A stretch of DNA of 32,000 bases from Promethearchaeota archaeon. Its GTDB lineage: Archaea; Asgardarchaeota; Lokiarchaeia; Sigyniarchaeales; Promethearchaeaceae. The stretch spans positions 30,001-62,000 of the forward strand of contig JAFGBS010000027.1 in the NCBI GenBank assembly GCA_016933055.1, given 5' to 3'. Shown one piece after another: positions 25,460 through 32,000 of the stretch (the first letter of the stretch is position 1; each line of letters begins with the position of its first letter). The translations under genes were made by a program, and so were the position numbers. Under the pieces are notes generated by a model that had not been told where the DNA came from, searched no databases, and worked only from the letters and a program-made list of their open reading frames with translations.

Positions 25460-27925
25460 TTATCCAAGTTCATTTTTAAAAGTTTGAGATTTATTGATGC
25501 GTTGGTTAATTAAATCAGTTATACTTTTGTATAACTCCACTTGTTTCTCTTCTAAATCCAAAATTTTGAGGAATACACGGTCAAGATTTCTTCTATCGTC
25601 CATCGTAAATTCTTCTTGCACATCCAAAAATCGACGAGAAATGATAGAATCTAGCCATTTTTCGATTCGTTCCACTTCTTTGGACGGAATTTGTCGGGGG
25701 TTGATAACCAGGATATTTTCGATATCAAAAGTAGCAGTATCTAATGCACCCATACCGAAACTTCTTCTCCCATTTAACTCAATCGATAAGTAAGTAATAG
25801 AGGATAGCAATGATGCCACTATAAGGTTAAAGTACTGCTTGAATTCTTCTTTAAGAATGATATTGTAAAATGTGTTATTTGACCAGATGGAACCATCTCC
25901 ATAGGAAAAATATACCTTATATTTAGAACTGAAGATCTTCTGTATGAAAATCTGAGTACCATTCTTATTCTTGGGAACCTCAATGGAGTAAAATGGTTGT
26001 TTATTTCTTAAAGTTGGGACATTTTCTATTCCACTTATATATTTTCCTTTATTTTGTCCCTTTGTTTGTTTTATTTGTAGAGATTTTCCATACTCAATAT
26101 ATTTAGCTGCTAAGGGGGTAGAATTTTTATTAATCTCCTTAGGGAGACATAAAATTAGATGATTTAATTTATTATGATTTAGAATCGGTTCAATCATTCG
26201 CTTAGGGCTCACAATATATGGTTTTAGGAATTCCTTTTCGATCTGAAATTGATAACCAAATCCGTTTCTTACGGTCACAATATCATCTATTTCTGCAATT
26301 TTTTCCAAGATGAAGAATTTATTCAACCCTGTTGTGATCCCCCTCGTTATTGATGCAATCTCCCCCAAATATAGAAGTTTAGAACCTAAACGTTGTTTAA
26401 GATCAAAATAGAGTGGTGGAGCTAAAATAAATTCATTTTCCCAACGAGTACCCGATTTGATGAATTTTTGTTCCATTACTCGCAATAAAAATTCTGGTGT
26501 ATTTTTTTCAAGAATGATCTCTGTATCGGGTAGTTGCTCTCTTATATAAAATTCTCTAAGGAACTTTGGAATAATTTTTGGCTTTATGGGGGTATTCAAT
26601 TTTATAAAATGGCATTTAGATTGTTTTTGGGCAGTATAGGGCTGATTACATAAGATCGTAGTAATTGTATTAATTTCTGCTGAATAAAATGCTCGGACAT
26701 CAAAATCCATGACTGAACATACCTCCGTATTAATCAAAATAAACTCTTGGAAATCAAAACCAAAGCCGATATTTAACCAACTATTGGAAGTTAAAAAACC
26801 TATAATCCCATTCCGTTTTAGTAGTTTCAAACCAAGATAAAAGAAATAAATGTAGAGATCTGACCGTTTGTTGATATGATACCCATTCTCTTTCATTTTT
26901 TGAGCGATGGACTTTTTGTAATCTTTATCTTCCATTATCCACTTGTTTAGATTCACTATACCTTGTGCCCGTATGTTTTCTTGCCTAACATAAGGTGGAT
27001 TTCCAATTATTATGTCAAATTTTTCTTTTTTTGGATATTCTTGAAGTAAACTATCACTACAAATAAAATGGGATTGGATTAAATCCAGATTAGGCGGTTT
27101 TTCATCGTATGAAATAAACCAAAGTTGGATTATGAAGTAAAGTTTGAAGATAATAAGAGGATTTATGTCAATCCCAAATATATTATGTCGAAAAATTTCA
27201 AATCTATTACGCTTATCGAAAGAGGAATCAAATATGGACTGCAATTGGAGCAAAATTTCTACCAGTTCTAAAAGGAATACACCAGTGCCACATGCAGGAT
27301 CCAGAATTCGAATATTTTTTATCAATGAATACAATAGATTTTTGTCTCTTTTATTGACTTTATTTAGAATCGAAGAATTTGGTTTCAGTAGGATGGACAG
27401 GAGTAAAGTATTATCAAGATTAGTATTTTTTTTGAAATAGAAAAACATGGTTTGTAGAGAAAGGATGTGAACAATACCACTGGGTGTAAATACGGCTCCA
27501 GAATCTAATACATTTGTTCTTGCCACGCGCTCCCCTAATAAATGAAATATTTTTGGAGTAATTCTATTTTTGCTTGACTGATTTTTGCTATGAGAAAATA
27601 TGAATTTTTCACCAAAAAATTGTAGATGCGTAGTAAATTCCTTAAAAATATGTTCAAATTTATCACTACACGATAGGAAATCCTTAATGGAAAATCTGTT
27701 ATTCCCACTCAACCAATTCGCTAGAAGCATATCAGTAGCATACGAGGAAAATAGCTTAATATAAGTTTTTTCACTCATTGCGTTATGTTGAAAGTTTAAT
27801 AACGTAATACGAGGTTTATTAGGAATTTCTCGAATGAACTTAGTGTAATTTTTTTGGATTTTATCATAAATTGAGTAAAAATCCTCTAATACGTCTGAAT
27901 TCATTCGGGGCATCGTAACTCTCAA
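25460..27925 (-). CDS. N6-adenine DNA methyltransferase, Eco57I/TaqI-like (gamma class), apparently solitary
   Basis: GAVFTP, motif I ILDPACGTGVFL, FGIDINP, motif IV IIGNPPYVRQE, SDLYIYF, GFLTSNSWL, RGITTGLNKFF, C-terminal DRRNLD helix bundle. TTG start overlaps the upstream stop; alternative ATGs at 27913 and 27904. Confidence 0.9.
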   Translation of the reverse strand: MRVTMPRMNSDVLEDFYSIYDKIQKNYTKFIREIPNKPRITLLNFQHNAMSEKTYIKLFSSYATDMLLANWLSGNNRFSIKDFLSCSDKFEHIFKEFTTHLQFFGEKFIFSHSKNQSSKNRITPKIFHLLGERVARTNVLDSGAVFTPSGIVHILSLQTMFFYFKKNTNLDNTLLLSILLKPNSSILNKVNKRDKNLLYSLIKNIRILDPACGTGVFLLELVEILLQLQSIFDSSFDKRNRFEIFRHNIFGIDINPLIIFKLYFIIQLWFISYDEKPPNLDLIQSHFICSDSLLQEYPKKEKFDIIIGNPPYVRQENIRAQGIVNLNKWIMEDKDYKKSIAQKMKENGYHINKRSDLYIYFFYLGLKLLKRNGIIGFLTSNSWLNIGFGFDFQEFILINTEVCSVMDFDVRAFYSAEINTITTILCNQPYTAQKQSKCHFIKLNTPIKPKIIPKFLREFYIREQLPDTEIILEKNTPEFLLRVMEQKFIKSGTRWENEFILAPPLYFDLKQRLGSKLLYLGEIASITRGITTGLNKFFILEKIAEIDDIVTVRNGFGYQFQIEKEFLKPYIVSPKRMIEPILNHNKLNHLILCLPKEINKNSTPLAAKYIEYGKSLQIKQTKGQNKGKYISGIENVPTLRNKQPFYSIEVPKNKNGTQIFIQKIFSSKYKVYFSYGDGSIWSNNTFYNIILKEEFKQYFNLIVASLLSSITYLSIELNGRRSFGMGALDTATFDIENILVINPRQIPSKEVERIEKWLDSIISRRFLDVQEEFTMDDRRNLDRVFLKILDLEEKQVELYKSITDLINQRINKSQTFKNELG

Positions 27926-28788
27926 TCATAGATGGTAATTTTTAATTGATTTCGCGCACATTTTCGACGATATTGATATTTCGGATATCCTATAGCTATA
28001 GTAGCAAGGATTCGGTGATTTCTAGGCACCCTTGAAAATCGCTTGATCTTAGGAAAAATATTCGCAATTATTGCATGAAATCCTAACCAGCAAGTTCCAA
28101 TTCCAAGAGATTCCGCAGTTAGGATAAGATTATAGGATGCTATTCCAGCATCCGCAGTTCTAAGAAACTTTTCTCCCTTTTTTGCGTGTACTATAACCAA
28201 ACATGGTGGATTGCGCAAGAAAGGATCTTCACTGTGATCGTTTAAGGATAATTTCCATTTTTCAATTAATCTGCGTATATTTCCCTTGATTTTTTTAGGA
28301 AGAAAGGGAATGAAGAGTTTAGCTATTTGAAATCGATACCCAATTTGTCTACTAATTTCATTGATCAATTTTTTATCTTTGAGAATAGTATATTCTAATT
28401 CTTGTGCATTATGACCTGTTGGAGAGAATATAAGATTATCCAATATCTTTTGAATGTCGTTGTCGGGAATTTGCTTATCTTTAAAACGGCGTATACTCCG
28501 TCGCTTAGCAACTAAATTACTGAGTTCTTCATACGATGAGAACGGTGGAATGAGTTCCTCTGCACCCTCAAATCCTATTTTTCGATACTGTATAGCACTT
28601 TTGGGACAAACCGATATGCAATGACCGCATATTGAACAAACTTCAGGATAATTCTCAAATGGGTACCCTTCATCATCAATACCAAATACAAAAGGTGGAC
28701 AAACTTGGGTACAAGTATTGCACTTAATACATAAATCCCGGTCGATAAAGAGATTGAGATTTTCTTGCATATAATATGATAGATGCAA
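27922..28788 (-). CDS. Nitroreductase family protein with N-terminal 2x[4Fe-4S] ferredoxin domain
   Basis: CIKCNTCTQVCP and CSICGHCISVCP; RRSIRRF, SPTGHNAQ, GIGTCWLG, IAIGYP. Confidence 0.93.
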   Translation of the reverse strand: MHLSYYMQENLNLFIDRDLCIKCNTCTQVCPPFVFGIDDEGYPFENYPEVCSICGHCISVCPKSAIQYRKIGFEGAEELIPPFSSYEELSNLVAKRRSIRRFKDKQIPDNDIQKILDNLIFSPTGHNAQELEYTILKDKKLINEISRQIGYRFQIAKLFIPFLPKKIKGNIRRLIEKWKLSLNDHSEDPFLRNPPCLVIVHAKKGEKFLRTADAGIASYNLILTAESLGIGTCWLGFHAIIANIFPKIKRFSRVPRNHRILATIAIGYPKYQYRRKCARNQLKITIYD

Positions 28789-28824
28789 TGTGTTTTTTTA
28801 ATCAATCTAATAAAAGAAAAAAAA

Positions 28825-29364
28825 TTATCTTTCTAAACGCAGAGTTGCAATACCGGGGATAGCTTTTCTTAACCGATAATGCAACATACCTTCCTCTGTA
28901 ACTTCTGTTTTAATTAAACCTTGTTCAATATCTTTTTCTGTTACCCATCCCCGTTCTTCTGCTTCAAATTTCTTGATAATCTGTCCGTTTTTTTCAATTT
29001 TAATCGGTGTTTTTGACTCTTCTACAAATTCTAATTCCACAAGATCGTCATGAATATCTTTGACTGTTAATGTTATCTTCCACATATCCCCTGGTCTCAC
29101 CATTCCCCTCATCTCTCCATAAATCCTTACTACGTCTCCTTTTTCTCCGGCAATCTCTACCAAACATTCTCCAATCATTGCAAGTGAATAACAACCGTGA
29201 GCGATTACTCCTTTTAATCCCATCTTTGCCGCATATTCGTCATCTATATGGATATTATTGCGGTCTGCGGAAACTGAAGCATATTTTGTGATATTATTAC
29301 GAGTAACTGGACCATAAGTATAGGTTAATGTCTTACCTACTTCTAAATCTGATAGTTTTACCAT
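28825..29364 (-). CDS. MaoC-family (R)-specific hydratase/dehydratase, catalytic subunit (HadB-like) with C-terminal insertion
   Basis: Hydratase-2 motif variant YASVSADRNNIH (D34/H39), GVIAHG, VRPGD. Confidence 0.85.
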   Translation of the reverse strand: MVKLSDLEVGKTLTYTYGPVTRNNITKYASVSADRNNIHIDDEYAAKMGLKGVIAHGCYSLAMIGECLVEIAGEKGDVVRIYGEMRGMVRPGDMWKITLTVKDIHDDLVELEFVEESKTPIKIEKNGQIIKKFEAEERGWVTEKDIEQGLIKTEVTEEGMLHYRLRKAIPGIATLRLER

Positions 29365-29365
29365 T

Positions 29366-29899
29366 TTAATATCCTCCTTCTCGAATAGCGGTAGTTACTT
29401 TTGATTGTACAACAAGTTTACCTTCTTCAGTATGGGTATCCATATGAACGACTAACCAGAGTTTTCCTGCTTTAATGTAAGCCTTCTCCATGAATCCCGT
29501 CGTGTAGAGTTTTTGTCCATGCTGGATAGGTAATTCTGCCTTTGAATAGTCATACTCTTGAGATGTATGAAGTAATTTGCCATAATTTCGAATTAGTTTA
29601 GGAGCTTGCTCTTCCCCCTCTTTTAGAGGAAATCTCCAGTTAATTACATCGAAAGCAGCTCCGTTATCCCCTACAGTAAAACAATTTGGGTAACAAGGGT
29701 GGGCAACGATATTTGAATAATCTGTTTTCCCATCGGCTGTTTCAGTTATCCTAACATACTTTGGATTTGTGTTCCCGAGTAATTCCGCAAACTGTACTAG
29801 ATTTTTACCTTTTACTCGATGGATCGACTTTTTGATTTTTTTTCCAATAAAAATTTTGAATTTTTCAGATAGTTTTTCTTCTTCAGGTGTTAATTGCAT
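29366..29899 (-). CDS. MaoC_dehydratas_N / FAS1-like hotdog subunit (HadA-like, non-catalytic)
   Basis: FAELLGNTNPKY, VAHP, LLHTSQEYDY, PIQHGQKL. Lacks the D-x4-H pair. 1-nt gap to the MaoC gene. Confidence 0.78.
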   Translation of the reverse strand: MQLTPEEEKLSEKFKIFIGKKIKKSIHRVKGKNLVQFAELLGNTNPKYVRITETADGKTDYSNIVAHPCYPNCFTVGDNGAAFDVINWRFPLKEGEEQAPKLIRNYGKLLHTSQEYDYSKAELPIQHGQKLYTTGFMEKAYIKAGKLWLVVHMDTHTEEGKLVVQSKVTTAIREGGY

Positions 29900-29921
29900 T
29901 ATAATTCAACTCTTTCTCACA

Positions 29922-29929
29922 ATATAAAA
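29922..29929 (-). promoter_or_regulatory. Candidate TATA box (TTTTATAT) of the MaoC operon
   Basis: Ends about 22 nt upstream of ATG 29899. A second candidate, the palindrome CTTATATAAG, lies at 29954-29963. Confidence 0.35.
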
Positions 29930-29987
29930 ACGATCAAAACCAGATTCTCATTACTTATATAAGAAGATTAACCCACTATTTATCTAT

Positions 29988-30016
29988 AAAAAATAAAAAA
30001 ATTAAGAAAGGAAAAA
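29988..30016 (-). terminator. T-rich tract after the Zn-ribbon membrane gene pair
   Basis: Minus strand TTTTTCCTTTCTTAATTTTTTATTTTTT directly after the stop at 30021. Confidence 0.35.
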
Positions 30017-30020
30017 TTAA

Positions 30021-31046
30021 TTAAATTTGTTTTTCTTGAGCACCTTTTCTAAAATTCATCGACAACAAAATACTTCCATAAGTCACTAATCCAATCCCTA
30101 CTGCTATGCCTAAAATCATAATCGAAGGGATTAAGATTCCCATTACAAAAAGACCTATTCCAACACCAATTTGACCTAAACCTCCAATTAAAGAAATTAA
30201 CTTGAATTTTCGTGAAATAGGGACATCAATATGGATAATTCTACCAGTAGATCCATCAATGAATGCTTGGTACTTCTTCTTATTATAAGTAAAATCAATT
30301 TCATACACGGGAAATTGAATGTAAAATACATCTCGTTCTTCAACCCTGTCGTCCCGGTCTGTAATCGTGTGAACTTCCTTTCTCATCTCTGACATTTGCC
30401 TGTTCATAACAGCTAAACGCATCGTTCTTTTTGCTTCCTCAGAAGAATAATTCGAATCAATGATCTCACCACCCAATTCCTTTACATGTGTAATATCAAA
30501 ATATTCCTTACCCGTGGTAGGAACCACATAATTCTTAAGATAGTTAGGGGTAGATTTCAACCCTAAGAGTGGAATTTGATACTCGCGCAAAACATTACCT
30601 GACTCCTCTCGTTGATAATAAGATACTGCCTCAAACCACCCCGGTCTATCAAAAGCGGGTCGATGGAAATTAGGCCAGTTATCTATTCCTCTATAATCGC
30701 TGGAAGCATTATATTCTCCTACCCAAATCGGATAAAATTTCAGAACTCGTTTTGTAATTGTTGCCGTGTTTTCAAAATCCTGAGGTGCCCCTGGTATTTT
30801 CTTAACCCAATCTTCCATTATTGATTGTGCTTCACTTGCCGTATAATTCGATCGAACAATGTAATGATCATTAAATATAAAGTTCTTCTTCGTTTCTTCG
30901 GGTAGTTCTTCTCCAGTAATGCTAGTACCATCTGGTCCTACCATCAGGGAAACTTGAATTGCTGTACCACAGAATTCACAGGTGTGAATCGGTGTAATTG
31001 GGACGTCTAAATTCGCAGCACAATTCGGACACACTATTTCTACCAT
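30021..31046 (-). CDS. Zinc-ribbon membrane protein (YdjG-like; CPNC/CEFC, FYPIW motif, C-terminal TM hairpin)
   Basis: CPNCAANL...CEFCGT; LKFYPIWV; FPVYEIDFTYNKKKYQAFIDGSTG; two hydrophobic helices at the C-terminus. Confidence 0.8.
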   Translation of the reverse strand: MVEIVCPNCAANLDVPITPIHTCEFCGTAIQVSLMVGPDGTSITGEELPEETKKNFIFNDHYIVRSNYTASEAQSIMEDWVKKIPGAPQDFENTATITKRVLKFYPIWVGEYNASSDYRGIDNWPNFHRPAFDRPGWFEAVSYYQREESGNVLREYQIPLLGLKSTPNYLKNYVVPTTGKEYFDITHVKELGGEIIDSNYSSEEAKRTMRLAVMNRQMSEMRKEVHTITDRDDRVEERDVFYIQFPVYEIDFTYNKKKYQAFIDGSTGRIIHIDVPISRKFKLISLIGGLGQIGVGIGLFVMGILIPSIMILGIAVGIGLVTYGSILLSMNFRKGAQEKQI

Positions 31047-31050
31047 TTTA

Positions 31051-32000
31051 TTATACTCCTTGCATCCTTATCATTAACCGTTTAGCCTTCCGATTCTCTT
31101 TCGTACTTGATTTTTCTAATTGCATTTTGAAAGCTAAACGAATCGGGATAGCTGTTAAACCTACCCCGACGATTGCAACAATCATCATAATTATTCCCCA
31201 TACTTCAGTCTCTTCAACAGCTGCGAATGCAAAACCAAAATTCCCTAAAACTGCCCCTGCTAAAAGGACAGCTAATGCAATTGCATAATTAATAATCCTT
31301 TTTTTGCGGGAAATTGGAATTTCTCCTTTCACCACCGTCCCCGAGTCTCCAGCGATTGAAACCTTATAATATTTATCGTTGAAGCTGTAACGGCAGATCC
31401 ATAAAGGAGCATGAACATATAATGGATCTTTAACGGTGATTTTGGAGTCGCATCGGACCAATCGGTTCAAACCCGAACTAGCTTGTGCCCGATTCTGATT
31501 TTCAACAGCACCATAGGTATTCATTTTAGCTTCATGCTCTTCTACCTCAGCATTAATGAACTCGCAGTTATCTTTCTTCACAAGATCAAAATCAAAATCA
31601 ATAAGATTATCCAATGATAAAGAATGCACAAATTCATAGAAACCATAAAACGCTGCATGCTTTCTGGCTATAACACTATTGCGCCCAGATCGATTGAACT
31701 CACTTTCAATTGGGCGCCAGACGGGGACTTGATACGCTTCTTGATAGGTTTCGGTCCTTGTATTCCCATTAGAATCTCTGACTGTTCTTGTGCGGGTTCG
31801 ATATCGAGTGACACTTCCTTGTTGTACGCCATAGAAATTCGTGTAAGAATCAAAAGGTACCATCCAAAAAGGTAAATACACAGCTTTCGTTTCTTCAATT
31901 CTGACCAATTTCATATCTACTTTGTGTTTACGTAAAAATTCTTCCACATTTGACCGTACTTCTAAATGAGTTTTGGTAGGAATCATCTTATGGCCGCTTA
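31051..32000 (-). CDS. Paralogous Zn-ribbon membrane protein (YdjG-like), 5'-partial
   Basis: YLPFWMV, Arg/Thr-rich hairpin TRYRTRTRTVRDSNGNTRTETY, APLWICRYSFNDKYYKVSIAGDSG.V.GEIP, two TM helices. The frame stays open from 31986 to the window edge (...SGHKMIP), and SGHKMIPTK aligns to NDHYIVRSN of the downstream paralog, so the true start lies outside the window. Confidence 0.8.
   Translation of the reverse strand, partial: SGHKMIPTKTHLEVRSNVEEFLRKHKVDMKLVRIEETKAVYLPFWMVPFDSYTNFYGVQQGSVTRYRTRTRTVRDSNGNTRTETYQEAYQVPVWRPIESEFNRSGRNSVIARKHAAFYGFYEFVHSLSLDNLIDFDFDLVKKDNCEFINAEVEEHEAKMNTYGAVENQNRAQASSGLNRLVRCDSKITVKDPLYVHAPLWICRYSFNDKYYKVSIAGDSGTVVKGEIPISRKKRIINYAIALAVLLAGAVLGNFGFAFAAVEETEVWGIIMMIVAIVGVGLTAIPIRLAFKMQLEKSSTKENRKAKRLMIRMQGV

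Noticed and set aside
25460-27925. Defence island or mobile element around the methyltransferase
   Set aside because: Neighbours are metabolic genes, with no integrase, nuclease, toxin-antitoxin pair or att-like repeats seen.
454-31898. The many 60-102-aa ORFs in the track that overlap larger genes (e.g. 454-663, 679-888, 4682-4990, 11354-11539, 25494-25793, 31668-31898)
   Set aside because: They are antisense or out-of-frame shadows of well-supported CDSs and show no motifs of their own.

Overview
AT-rich, densely coding 32-kb window, mostly on the minus strand. It is most likely archaeal and resembles Asgard/Lokiarchaeia DNA. That is an inference from TTTAWA TATA boxes about 22-27 nt upstream of several starts, a C-terminally extended PadR-type regulator, and a CPKC...IHEVDDKSK...YAKK.QC..CG.EW Zn-ribbon that I recall from lokiarchaeal proteins. 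Contents in order: (1) a PadR-led operon of four ABC half-transporters, forming two degenerate/consensus heterodimer pairs; the last gene (<1-2268) is missing from the ORF track and carries an in-frame insertion of about 210 aa inside its nucleotide-binding domain; (2) an OlsB-like GNAT N-acyltransferase; (3) a decayed winged-helix regulator; (4) a three-gene CoA-substrate activase (ASKHA ATPase/DUF2229) module; (5) divergent pncB/pncA; (6) radical SAM/SPASM protein, alpha/beta hydrolase, tandem GNAT, Cys-type sulfatase and Gfo/Idh/MocA oxidoreductase; (7) a co-directional run of a HadAB-like MaoC pair, ferredoxin-nitroreductase, orphan N6-adenine methyltransferase, divergent phosphonopyruvate/sulfopyruvate decarboxylase and a Zn-ribbon protein; (8) two tandem YdjG-like Zn-ribbon membrane proteins. 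I saw no rRNA, tRNA, CRISPR array or transposase. All family calls come from motif recognition by eye; no database searches were run.
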